Origin: Enoplolaimus lenunculus
Taxonomy: Eukaryota
Assembly (NCBI GenBank): GCA_030248215.1
Contig: JASANG010003525.1
Location: forward strand, 124,001-188,000
Direction of reading: 5' to 3'
Length of the DNA: 64,000 nucleotides
The notes below the pieces were generated by a model, which did not search any database, was not told where the DNA came from, and saw only the letters and a list, made by a program, of their open reading frames with translations. The stretch's first letter is position 1. Each line of letters opens with the position of its first letter. The translations under genes were made by a program, and so were the position numbers. Positions 14,101-25,734 of this stretch are shown here, in pieces.

Positions 14101-17100
14101 CAAACTTATCAATTATGCTTATATATGCAAATTAACTATTAGCTAACTATTGAATTATCGGTTTTGAAGGCTTGTAGACAATTTATTCAAGTTCCTCATG
14201 CAAATTAGCCTGTAGCTACTAAACGGCTTAAAACTTTAAAACACCAATGCGAGAATAACACCCCAAGATCTCGAAGCCACTTTAGGTATTATTTCCCAAT
14301 AGACAATACATACTTTACTTTAAGACAATACGTACATTACCCTTAATGACAGTTCAATTATGCACAGTTACCGAATAGGACATTACATTATCTTCTCTGA
14401 AGTATCTGTCCTAAGTTACTGCAGCAAAGGCCTCACCTGAACTTTCTTGACCCGAAATCCGCCGCCCACCTCCTCCAGCGTCATCATCACTACTTGCAAG
14501 GTCAACGACACAATCACTTTTCCCATCGTCATTCACAATCTCTGCACATGCGTTACCAACATTGGAAACATCTTGCACAGGTGTAGCGTCTGCAGATGAA
14601 CCATGCGACATACTGAAAGGTCGTCGGGGTTGAGTTCCTGAAACACATCATGTTTACATCAATCTAAGCATACCATAACAGCTATAGCACCGACTTGTAT
14701 TTTGTGTGAAAATTAATTTAAAGGCACGCTCATCTTAATTTTGCGCACACCATTTTAATTTTTGCGTAAATTTTCGCCGCACACAAATTTTAAACTAAAA
14801 CCCACTTTCGGTTACATTTGCCACAAACACGTTTGGTTTGGTTCGAAAATGACTTTTATAAAATCAATTACCTTTTCATACGTTCATAGATGCGAATTAA
14901 ATAAAATAGCATGAATCACAGTGTATAATTTGCAGCTGCAAGAACTTCAAAGCTGTTTTGTGACGAAACTTGCGCGTGCAAGTTGCATGTGCAAGTTTTG
15001 CTGCAAAAACTTGTACGTGTGAATAAGGCTTTCCAGCAACGACTACAAATTAAAGTTATCACTTAGTAGTAAAATGGTCGACCGCTTGCAGTCTTACCTA
15101 ATCTACGACGGACTGGCACTGTAGTACCGCCACTGCTCCGTTGCGATGCGGAGATAATTCGCTGCTGATAAACGTTAAGTGAGGGTGGATTAGAATTGCT
15201 TACCATGCTGCCAGCACGGCTTTGCGGCGAACGCAATACCTGAAATCGTTATCTTGGTGTTTGGCTACTGTGGAGGAAGCGCGGCAGTGCCCCGACTCGG
15301 CCAAAGCCCCATCGGTGCATGCACCTTCACTTAAGATTTCATCCATGGTTGAGTTGTTTTAAGCCTTAAAAATTCAGTTTCTTTGCGCGTCGAACGAACT
15401 TTTCTAAAAAATTTTATGTCATAATGTAGTAAATAAGCGTGCACATTTAACCTGTGTTTACATGTTATATATGTCCGATCAGCCATAGTTAAATGCAATC
15501 TTCCTTAATACAGTACTTTTGGTTGCGAAAATTACCCTCAATCAAGATGTTCCAAAACGATGGAAACCGGGGACCGGGGGCCTCGATCGAAGGCCGACCT
15601 CATCGGAACCCAACGAAAGCGCAGTTGTGTTAACATTAAAACAATTTTTTGGTAGATGTTACACCTACGTATATCTGTGGTGTAAGATATAACGTCATGA
15701 TATTATCAATAAACTTCATCTGGTTTTACAATACGAAAAAGCAGACTTTTAACATTACAATGCAATAATAATGCTGTGCCCTATTCATGAAATGCAAATA
15801 CCAATCTATCTGTAAAACAAAATAAACAAGATACCAGCTGCAACATACTTGGTCAGCGTACGTTTTTAAACGGCCCATACCGTTGCCTCCAAATCCTGAC
15901 GGTGAAGATAACAACGGCATAGGAGACAGAAACCTAGAAGCACCCATTTCGCTAGCTCCACCATAATCAGTCATTGCCCCAGACACTGAAAAGCGAATAA
16001 TGTGCCAATACCTAATAAGAAAGATTGATCGAACGAAACCTACGTAATACTAAGTTGAGAAACATTAAATATTTGGAATTTGAATCAGAATTGTTTACAT
16101 AACAGCAAATTTAGTTGTTTCTGCAGTAAACGTTAGTGTTTAGATACTGAGTTTGAACTGACAGACCGATTTTTAAACAATTGTTAACTTTCCCAGTTAC
16201 AAAGCTCGATCCATATTTTAATGAATAAGGAAATCGATATTTCAACAAACGAATCTATGGAATATATAAACTTAGCTTACTAAGGCAGCATGTCAAACAC
16301 CTTTAGTTTAATTTTATACGTGCACTACTTTTGTTATATGAATCAGTGAGGCATTGGGCTTGCTGTGTCTCTCTTATCCGGCTCTGAAATTTTTTGGTGT
16401 CCAGTGTTTCACCCCACTTGGACGTCAGTTACGAAAACACCCAATTAGTTCTCTATACCACTCTTTTCAATTTTATGCGCCGACCAATCAATCAATAATC
16501 TAACATACTGAGCATCGCAGAATGCGAATCATTCATGCCATACACCTGTTCATGCATTTGCATCTGTTGAATGCCGGGTGGAATTGTGCTAGCATGATCT
16601 TCCATGTGCCGACGCAACGATGTGTATGATGAAGTTTCCTGGCCGCAAATCTCACAAATTATCAGTACTCGTTCGTGAACTTTCTGTAAAATGAATTTAC
16701 AACCAGGATTAAAACTCTGTACTGAACTAAATTGTCCTCGTTCGTGAACTTTCTGTAAAATGAATTTACAACCAGGATTAAAACTCTGTACTGAACTAAA
16801 TTGTCCAGCGATCTGCTAAATAACAAAGCCAAGAACAAAATGATTCAAATTTCGCAAATATATTACGCTATTAGTGGGCAGTCCGTTGTAAGAGAAGCGA
16901 TGAAAACGGGTATAACCATTAAATAAATGAAACCTTTTGCTGAAAGCCTATAACTATAAGGGATATATGACTATTTTATAATACGTATGTACGTAAAATT
17001 ATATAATTTGTTGCTCGAAACTACCACAACACAACGGCTAATCGATTACTACAATTTGGCTTCTATCTAAAAATGCGTGTTTCAGTTACATTTAAAAAAG

Positions 17101-17807
17101 TAGTTCATTTGGCAAAAATGTGATTAATTTTACCACTGAATGGTTTAGAATCGAAAAGTACTTTTGGATGTTATAAAACGGATAAACTGATAAACCGATA
17201 CACGAAACCAACCTTGACGTGATCCCGAAGCATGTGAACTGATGTAAACATTGCGCTACATTGTAAACATGGAAACGTTGATCTGCCTCCAAAATTTCCG
17301 CCGCTACCATACTGCGACATCAACATTGACCCTGACTGGACAAGAGGACTGGCATATCCCGCAAATCTAAACCATTAACAGCAAAAATTTGACATCAAAC
17401 CATAAACTTTTCATATAAAATGTCCTGATAAATAGATATAAAATACTGATATACAGCTGACCCTGAATCATATATCGCCAAACAGGTAAATTAAGTAACA
17501 TGTGCTTGCGAAGAAAAGTTCTAATGTCTTCCTTGTAATAATCTCTTTAAAAAATCCAACGCATTGCATAAAAACAATCTACTGAATTACAAGTACGAAC
17601 GCTAGTTGAGAACCTCTGTTTTCAACCGAAATGTAAGACGACAACTTATTGATATTAAAACTACTTATTTATACTTATATAGTTGTTAACGAACTCGATT
17701 GTCACATACCCAGATCCTCCAACTGTCAAATGGCTAAGCATGTGTTGTTGATACGCCTGTCTCGTTGGAAAAGTAAGCGAGCATTGTTTGCAATCCCATG
17801 TATTCAT
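7795..17807 (-). CDS. Multi-exon C2H2 zinc-finger protein (~1218 aa): 3 N-terminal C2H2 fingers, long acidic disordered region with SIM-like motifs, C-terminal His/Cys cluster + coiled coil
   Basis: Coding exons: 17807-17710, 17366-17213, 16683-16509, 15985-15849, 15239-15098, 14637-14437, 12955-12516, 11407-10513, 10250-9841, 9446-8771, 8123-7795. All introns are GT-AG, phases 2,0,1,0,1,1,0,1,0,1 match, total 3657 nt with no internal stop. Fingers: CKQCSLTFPTRQAYQQHMLSH, CLQCSAMFTSVHMLRDHVKKVH, CEICGQETSSYTSLRRHMEDH. AATAAA at 7736-7731. Start codon is uncertain. Confidence 0.85.
8771..9446 (-). CDS. ZF gene exon 10 (basic NLS-like RKRP/RPKRGR, helical segment)
   Basis: ttctag|ATA TCT CCT...AGT G|gtgagt; ORF 8754..9395. 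Confidence 0.85.
9841..10250 (-). CDS. ZF gene exon 9
   Basis: ttctag|AC ATA TCG...GCA AAG|gtaaac; ORF 9799..10314. Confidence 0.85.
10513..11407 (-). CDS. ZF gene exon 8 (acidic, low complexity)
   Basis: ttttag|AAA ATC GAA...AAA G|gtattg; ORF 10409..11347. Confidence 0.85.
11541..11935. repeat. Local ~220-bp-period duplication in intron 7 of the ZF gene
   Basis: tagaacgccc...ttttgggcatcgttccagcacagaag...gggttttaaatt occurs twice; a related fragment lies near 13000. Confidence 0.8.
12516..12955 (-). CDS. ZF gene exon 7
   Basis: ttttag|CA GTA (NAGNAG acceptor)...GCG AAG|gtaaga; ORF 12489..12977. Confidence 0.85.
13348..14293 (-). mobile_element. Second, truncated HINE copy in intron 6 of the ZF gene, interrupted by an ATCGGC-repeat MITE (~13500-13890)
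   Basis: Same hairpin/subTIR end (ccagtcgtggtgaaactac...attgagcgaagctcgaacac) and the same internal units as 45336-46566. Confidence 0.7.
14437..14637 (-). CDS. ZF gene exon 6
   Basis: gtttcag|GA ACT CAA...TCA G|gtgagg; contains VVDLASSDDD. Confidence 0.8.
15098..15239 (-). CDS. ZF gene exon 5
   Basis: tttcag|GTA TTG CGT...TTA G|gtaaga; open frame VLRSPQSR...VRRRLG bridges phase 0 to phase 1. Confidence 0.65.
15849..15985 (-). CDS. ZF gene exon 4
   Basis: ttttcag|TG TCT GGG...GAC CAA|gtatgt; overlaps ORF 15726..15986. Confidence 0.8.
16509..16683 (-). CDS. ZF gene exon 3 (end of finger 2, finger 3)
   Basis: tttacag|AAA GTT CAC...CTC A|gtatgt; encodes KVHERVLIICEICGQETSSYTSLRRHMEDH... Confidence 0.85.
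16668..16806. repeat. Perfect 69-bp tandem duplication spanning the exon 3 splice acceptor
   Basis: ctcgttcgtgaactttctgtaaaatg...aaattgtcc twice (period 69). Confidence 0.95.
17213..17366 (-). CDS. ZF gene exon 2 (most of finger 2)
   Basis: tttag|A TTT GCG...GTC AAG|gttggt; encodes FPCLQCSAMFTSVHMLRDHVK. Confidence 0.85.
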
Positions 17808-17811
17808 ATAA
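17710..17811 (-). CDS. ZF gene exon 1 (finger 1; candidate ATG at 17807)
   Basis: gttag|T TAT ATG AAT ACA TGG GAT TGC AAA CAA TGC...TCT GG|gtatgt; encodes MNTWDCKQCSLTFPTRQAYQQHMLSH. Confidence 0.8.
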
Positions 17812-18499
17812 CTAACATTCATGTTGAATATTTGATAACTTTTAAACAGTTTATTTACGGCTGTGAAAGTATATATGTATACACTGAAATTTAAACATAT
17901 AAGTTTATGTAACGGGGTGCTTTGATCTTGTAAAATTTACAAAACAGCAAAAGAAAAATACCTGCACGTCTAGTCGCCCGGGGCCAGAATTTTTCCCGGG
18001 GCAGGAGCGAATACAAATTGGGGCCAGTGTATACATCAGTAAAAATGTATTTTTATTCGATGTTTGTGGGAAAATAAAAAGTTTAGTCGAAACAATGCTT
18101 TTCATAATATATATACTATACAGGGTATTTTTTCAAAATCGAACATGAGTCCATCCTGCGTCCAGGCTAATTCTTTGAGTCCGGTTCCATCGGATTCGGC
18201 AAATTAGCAATGGATTCGGATTCTGTCAAATCATGGATTCTGTTCTACCCTGCCGTAAAAGTCGTATACAAATACCAACGTTTTGAGTTATGGACAAATA
18301 TTGTCTTTTGTTAAACGCGCAAATCGCTGCCAAAAAAACATACATAAAAATTGTTGCTTTAAGTAGTAGAAATCTGTGTAAGACGGTAATGTATACATTG
18401 CTTGTTCATGGATCGGTAAGTTTAAAAAAACTCGTTTGCGACTTTTTGCCTCCAACTTACATTATGGTTCAGAAGTGCGACTTATAGTTTTGCATAAAG

Positions 18500-19260
18500 T
18501 CGCATGTATAGTCAGTCATCCAGTTCCTGCCGCTCAGTATCGTCGGCAAGCGGGATTTCATCTTCCAAAGTTTCAACAGTTTTTAGATCTTCGTAAAAAC
18601 CTCTATATGCCACAGGAATTGCTACTGTCCGTAAAAGTTCCATCAAGTCAGCCTTTTTTCTAGCCGATATTGAAAGGTCTGATACACTGACTCTTCAGTC
18701 TTCGACGCGCACACAGACTTCACTTTTCGCCACAAGACATTTGTGGATACCGATGCCATCAACCAAGCGTTTTAAATCAAAAAACTTGGCGTGCGTCATT
18801 TCGATAACCTTAAACGTAAAAACCTAATTGTGTTTGGCAGCTTCTTGTACCATAATATTTCAGAATTTAAAAATGTTAAGAACACTACCTACCACAATTT
18901 TAAACCATGAAGATCCGCCACGGTATCCCTCCGAATAGCCTGACGCCGCCGACCCCTTCCCGGCGCTTACCCGTGGCAGCCCCCCGTAGTATTTTAAAAA
19001 CTAGCCGTATAATCTCTTCTGACACGCGCTTTTCGAACGATTTCGACCCACATCGGATATGCGAAAATTTGTTTACCTCGCTTTGCGTCCTCAACACTGG
19101 CGTGAATGGAGTCGTTCCCATCATTTTATGGCCCGGTTCCAAAAACGTCAAGCGCACAGTATTGATCGTAGGAATGTTTTGGACTGCATGAAACAGTGTT
19201 GCAGCTACAAGACTGTTTTTGTTTTGTCCTGCGCAGCTGTCACTGTAATAAACCATAGTT
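18500..19260 (-). pseudogene. Decayed DNA-transposon transposase, probably Sola-like
   Basis: YYSDSCAGQNKN...FLEPGH, frameshift, NDSIHASVEDAKR...YPMWVEIVRKAR, insertion, FKVIEMTHAKFFDLK...ISARKKADLMELL...IPVAYRGFYEDL. Superfamily assigned from remembered motifs, not from a search. Confidence 0.7.
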
Positions 19261-19358
19261 TTTTCGCCAATTTAGGGGCCATAGTCCCTAAAATTGACGA
19301 TTGGCTCCTAGAAATTTGGGGTTGGAGGACAATCTAAAATTTTTTCACAAGCTGTTTT

Positions 19359-21130
19359 TCAGAAACTGGTTGCAATTTTACCAATTTTGAAGCGATTATT
19401 GCCTTGAAATTCAACGTCCAACGGTCTAGCAAAGATATTCCATAGAGGAAACGAATCTACATCAAAACCTTGACCTGGCTCCTTCATGATATGATTTGGA
19501 AAAACCGTTGGATCCAAACAAGCTAGAGTTAAGGAAACGACATTTTCTCCTTCAATTGTTCTGTTCATAACTTTGACAACAAAACAGGCTTCTTCCGACG
19601 TGAATCTTGATACATCGCATTTTGTAATTTATGGAGTTGTGGTTCGTGCTAGGGTGGCACCGAATCCGAATCCCATGCTAATTTGCTGAATCCGAAACCG
19701 AATCCTGCATGTTGCAAATTTCAGATATATCTACAATTTTTGTTTCAGAATATCAACGCAATGCCAGCCCTATAACTTTTAATACGTTCATATATTTCGT
19801 CCCGACGTCAGTTCTAAGATTTCTCACCTGAAATAAAAAATATTGATTTTTATAGCAAGGTATTTAAAAATTTTATTGCTTAAAAATGAAAAAACATATT
19901 GCCGAACTTTATTGGATTCGGCTTTTCCATAACCGAATCCGAATCCGAACCTCAAATTTTTGCCGAATCCGAATCCGAACCTTTGTTGCCACCCTGGTAC
20001 GTGCAGCCTGCTTTTGCTGATTCTTGGACTTTTTTGCTCTTGGGCTTCGAGAAATTGACTACTGGTTATAACTGTAGCCTTTGAACCACGACTACGTATT
20101 GGTTTGCGTGCTCCTGTGTTACTAATCCGATGCTCCACTGGCGGTGCTCGTGGCGTTACAATGTCAGCGAAAGTTACCGGCGTAGTTTCAACTAAACTCC
20201 ATTCTAGTTGCAGTCCACAATTAGGAGGTATGTTGTATCGACGGAGTGGAGGTATGGCGTGTGGCTCGTGTTTGGCTACCCATTGCACTGACCGACCCCG
20301 GAGTGTGGCATTCTGCTGTGGAACTGTTGGATACTAGCGTTCGTTTGTCATTCATACTACATGGCTCTGTCGAGTGTTCGTCATTGAAATTGCTTGGGCC
20401 TGGAGTTTGTCCATCATTCAAATCGCTTTGTCCTGGAGTGTGAACATCGTTCAAACCCCTTGGCCCTGGCAAATCAAAGAATGGTGCAGCGACAGCTTCT
20501 GTATCGCTACGAACACTTTCGTAACAATCAGCGATTGGAGTACCGTCTGAGTCCATTGGTTTTCCTCGTTGAACACAAGATTCATATTGTTGCATCATAC
20601 CTCTATTATTCGTAGTACTTCGCTCTGTCCACGGGATATATTCCAACTTCTCTGAAAGAGCTGCGTATATGGCACTGGGTTAGTGCTGTTGGCCAGACGT
20701 TCGCAAGCTCGTTAGCAAAACTGCATTTGTTGACTGTTTTCTGTCCATGAGAATAAGTTGTCAGTTGCTGCATTCGTTCGTCCCACCGCGCCTTGACCGG
20801 TGCAAAAATACCAACGTCCAATACCTGCAAAGTATCGTTTGTGTGTGACGGTAGCCGCAGCAGCACTACATTATTGAGTTACGCCACTTCGATCAAGTCG
20901 ACCGACACATGTGATGCGTGCCCACCGAAAACAAGAATCGATGGTCCCTCGCCTTTGGATCTTATCAAGGGAATGATAACTCGCATATAGTGGCGAGAAC
21001 AGTAGTGTTTGTTTTGGCAGTGCCAGGAGAGATTGTTTTCTCACCTCGTATCCTCACCACTAGAAGTTTTTCGTGTATCATGATTGAAACCCGTTTCGTC
21101 TTCTCGGATTTTCAATTCATCCATTACCGC
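19359..21130 (-). pseudogene. Decayed pogo/Tigger-type (DDE_1) transposase
   Basis: Motifs DETGF, NTTVLATIC, ILVFGGHASHVS (catalytic D of DGH changed to G), A*LNNVVLLRLPSHTNDTLQVLDVGIFAPVKARW, IRSSFREVGIYP. Contains a stop, frameshifts, an internal deletion and a MITE insertion at 19650-19996. Confidence 0.85.
19650..19996. mobile_element. hAT-type MITE inside the pogo remnant
   Basis: TIR TAGGGTGGCA/TGCCACCCTG, CCGAAT subrepeats, TSD GTTCGTGC/GTACGTGC (7/8). Confidence 0.8.
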
Positions 21131-23744
21131 CTGTAACAAGTGAAAGGTAAAATTGAAATCAGAGTTCTGAAACTTACTAATTAATCCAACCAAAGTACAA
21201 TATTATACACTAATCAACAGGCACACTCTATCGGAGCCTGAGCCGGATGTCGATTTTTGCCGGAGCCCGATATTCGGTTGAACCCTGATAAATAGCTACT
21301 GACTATCTGCTGTAACTAAAAATGCTGGAGTAAAAAATATGATACCCCATCGGTATTGTGTAATCAAGCTAACCTATACGTAAGAAAAATGACTAGTATA
21401 TAAATATGCAACTTTTATCTGTGCAGTAATGATATTTTAATTAAATTTTAATTAAAGATAATATTATTACGTTTAATTCTAATTTAGTGCTATTATGTTA
21501 ATGCTAGGTATTCTGCGGGGAATGCAGTTTGGCTCAAGATAGGTGTGGCGGCATTTGTTGACTATGGCAACTGAAATATAACTTCGACTCAACCAAAGCT
21601 TTAGTACCACTTTTTGCATACACCTGATTTCTGCCTAGTGTTGTCTGTATGCAGGAGGCAAAATGTTTTATCTACTTATACATTTTGCCTGCAGCAATTT
21701 GGTCCAATATCTATATACAACAAAACGTTTTCATACAAAATTTCCACTTATTAGAATCGTTGTATTTTTTGATTATTTCAAGTCGGCTGTGTTTTATACG
21801 AGCAAAAATTTTACGTTAGCCTGATGAGTCCACAGTGCGTCCAGCTGAGTTTTTGGCGTCCCGTTGAGAAAAGTGATCGCCTCAAGCCAATTAAACATTA
21901 CGTTTAAAATTTTGCCCGGTCAGGCTCCAACATGATATACGCTGGCGTCAGCCCCAGGGCATTTGTACCTGTAATCACTCAATATACATGTTGAAAAGGA
22001 GGAATAATACATCACAAATATTTAACACTAATCCAGCTTACTAAACTTAAAAAGTGAGATGTTTTACATATTTCGGTCGTACGCCAAGAATTTACTTAGT
22101 TTTCAGGTACATGTATATCACTTCCGTGTTGTTGCTTTAAGTTGCTAGATACGCCAGTGTCCCCACGCACGGTTCATATTTATAGGCCGGATTATCCAAG
22201 TTACACATATAAGATTTGCAATTCCTATTCTGCGCAAGTGCAGTAGGTAGCTGGCTATAGTTGTTCATACTCGTTTTTATATCATTTTCATGATTACCTA
22301 CATTAGGCCAGATTATCCAATTTACATACGTATTTCATTTGCAATTCCTATTCTGTGCAAGTGCTGTAGGTAGCTGGTGATAGTTGTTCATACTCAATTG
22401 GTATAATGTTCATGTTTACCTACACTATCTCAGATTTTCAGCCACTTTACTGTTTGCGCCAAAAATGTAGTTTGGTAGTGCTTGAGCCACTGTAATCGAT
22501 CGTGTAACTGCTGTTCTATTTATATCCCGTAATGGTCTGTGCATCCTTAGGATACTTCTTAGTCAGATGAATAAGAAAACGCATTTATGTTAGCGTGCTC
22601 GTTTTGCAATGTATTGCCAGAAAGCCTGTTATACTTAATAATTATTGCCGTACAGTTCTAGGTCGTGTATTAAACCTTTAAAAATCGTTTCGTGTGGCTT
22701 CAGCCTTAGCCAACCTGTGATAAACTGCTATAGATTTAATGACAATCGCAATTCACAACCGACCAGTTCCGTATTGACAGGTTCTCCGGAAGCCGGTGGA
22801 TTCACATTGAAAATGTAGCCTAATAATAAATAATAATAACACGTAATAATAATACTAAAAATTATAGAAATAAAATACTGGATTTCACAAGCCCCACGCA
22901 TATACATTTTTCGAAATACTTCTTGAAATTCTTTAAATGCAATATAGATACACATCTGCAGTTTTCTGGCGAACAACTATGATCAAATGTCTGAGTTCAG
23001 TTGAAATACTTGTACCTGAAATACAGATGTATAATAATTTACGTATACCATGGTGGTTGACATCAGGTACGAGAGCAAACAAATTTGACGAACCCTAAAC
23101 CCACTAGCTAAGCATCTTTCCAAAAGCCACAAACCCTAAAGAACAGCGTTTTCACAGAATTGTATCGGACAAGGCAATAAGGTATATACGTTTTCGAACT
23201 AATAATGATACGTAGAGTCCCATAGTCATTGATTATTTTTTGTTTCCTCCGGTTTTGGTATTTCAATGTGTTTGCATTTAACTGGCGGTGCAATATTCTC
23301 CAAAATCTTCGTTCACGCAATGTTATGCTAGCTGAAAGATACCGGAGTCGGAGCCGGAGATGGAGGTGTAGATCAACCGAACATGCTGGAGCCGGAGCTG
23401 GAGTCGGAGGTGAGGCGAAATTAGGCAGTAAAAATGATGGCTAGTTAATTTTTAGCCAATATCTGCAGTATGTTGTTAAATTGTTTGGTTTTACGCTAAT
23501 TTTTCACGAAATTTCGGAAATTCTTTCCTGAAAATTGTGACAAAAGTAAAACGAAACGATCTATACAGATAAATTTTGCAAAATTATGCAAAATCTTAAT
23601 ACCGAAATTAGCGGAACCTCCGGCTAAAATTGTACTGAAGCCGGAGCCGAAGGTTGCTTTTCTGCCGGAGTCGGAGCCGGAGGCAAACCTCCAGCAGTTC
23701 CCTTCTGAGAACCGGGACCACAACAAGCAGTAGTGCAGCGCCTC

Positions 23745-23961
23745 TTCAGAGGGTACCACCCCTTGTTATTCGGTTACGGACTGTTATTTATTTTTAACGC
23801 TCTCTCCGCCGCCCTTCGTTACTGATATATATCCGGTACTGCAATTTTCCGTTCAAAACGTTTTTCTCGTGTCAATAGCTTGAGCGATAATACAAGGTTA
23901 TGCTTAGGAATATGCTTTCAAAATTTAAGTACCCCTCTCCCTCTTATTCGGGTCAATACAG
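23745..23961 (+). mobile_element. Family A MITE, truncated
   Basis: Shared core gttattcggttacggactgttattta and right TIR. Confidence 0.7.
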
Positions 23962-25411
23962 TAAGTAGGCAAACCAGCGATCAAAACGCCTGCTTAAATT
24001 TGTTTATGCACAATACACAGCGGTGTGGCCAAGGAGAATTTCAGGTTCCAAATGCCCCTTGTCTGGAGCAGCTAAAATTTGTAATAAGATATGACCGTGT
24101 TTTTGTCGCTTTTAGCGTGAGAATCGTTCAGTGGGGGTTGGGGAGCCACAGCCTTCCTTTCTACTAAAAGGATTTCTATTTTTCGCCAATATATACAGTT
24201 ATAAAGGCATGCAAATATTTAACTTGCGCCTAATTTTGCTGGACTGCGGACGAATACCATCATTTTTAATGCTTCAAATCGAACAACTGCAGTCAGTAGT
24301 GTAAACGGATAGTATAATAACGAAACCGAAACAATTCATAAAATAACGGAAACGGGTGGCGGTAAAGTATAAAGTATAAAAAATGCTTTAATACTTTGTA
24401 CCAATACAATTCAGGCATTCTAATGTTTAGGTACTAGGCTTTCTTAAATTTTGAAAAATACCTGATGCACTCAAAAGTTTTAAAATTTTGGACGTGTTTT
24501 GTCATTTTTGCTTCAAATCAAGCAATTGCATCATATATGATTTGAATAACTGAGTCATTTTTAGTAATTTAGAAGCAAATTATGAGTACGTATGAAAAGA
24601 ACAGAATTTCCGTCATTTGTATAAAAGTGACACGAGCGGAAACGGACCTGGTGTTACATCGCTGCTTTAAGCAGTATGGTGACTGATGGGAATGTTCTTT
24701 CCGATCTGAGTGCAACCGGAGGTGAAAAATACCGGAGCCGGAGAGTGAAGCGAGATTATGTAGTTAAAACGAGGTTCAATTTGATAATTTTAGCAAATAT
24801 CTGTAAATAAATCGTTTGGATTTAAGTTTATTTTTTACGAAATTTTGGCAATTTTTTCAACTTTGTCAAAAGTTAAAACGAAACGCGTTCAAACAAATAA
24901 ACTTTGCAAAACTGTGCTAAATTTCACTACCTAAATTGCCGGATCCTCCGACAAAAATTCTACCGGAGCCAAAGCCGGAGACGCAGGTAAATTTTCTGCC
25001 GGAGCCGAAGACAGACCTCGGGTTGTACCCTGTTTCCGATAACAAGAACGAGTGTTCTCGCTCTATAACATTTATGCGAAACCTAGTAGTTGCCAAAACC
25101 TGATCATTAAAGGCATAGAAGATTAGCTATAACGTTCATTTCGAGAAGGCATAACCACGATTAAATTTTTTTGCGAGTGAGGATAGCAAGCTAAAATCAA
25201 AATTTATTGATACTATACGGGAATTTTTTCTTTAACCCTTTCTCAGATTAATATTTCCAAATTCATATGAGATGTAATTTTGTAAGATTCGATTCCCAGT
25301 CTCTCGGGTTGGAGGCGTTTGCGATGTCCACTCAGCTATAGAAGCTTCACGCTCGAGCCCAATGAGGCTCTCACGTCTTGTCGAGATTTTGCACTACCTC
25401 TGGTTGTACCC

Positions 25412-25479
25412 TGCTGCGTATATATGTTAGAATTGTTAATCCGTACGTCGTGGGTTCGAGCCCCACCGCATACGCAGCA
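25412..25479 (+). pseudogene. tRNA-derived fragment (Asn-like anticodon loop + T-arm)
   Basis: GTGGG-TTCGAGC-CCCAC T-arm/B-box preceded by TGTTAATCC; no D-arm. Confidence 0.35.
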
Positions 25480-25734
25480 AAATTTTCGTGAAGGGCTCTA
25501 TATGGTACTGCTTAACTTAGAACTACTTTACAGTGTCTGTGTTGCTCGTATATTACTTGTATTTAGTTGCAAATAGTTTACTATATGTGTTAAAAGGCTA
25601 ACCTTTCCCGGTTATTCTGCTGACGTTAAAAAAATCCTATTTTGATTTTTTTCCAGAAATTTGGGAACAGTACCTTTTTCGAATCGTTAGAGAGGCGTTT
25701 GGAAATGGGGGATATATATCCCTATTTCCACTTA

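Noticed and set aside
21902..23015. Exon-like blocks with acceptors at ~21967 and ~23015
   Set aside because: Stops in all frames; they may be 5' UTR exons of the ZF gene but cannot be supported as coding.
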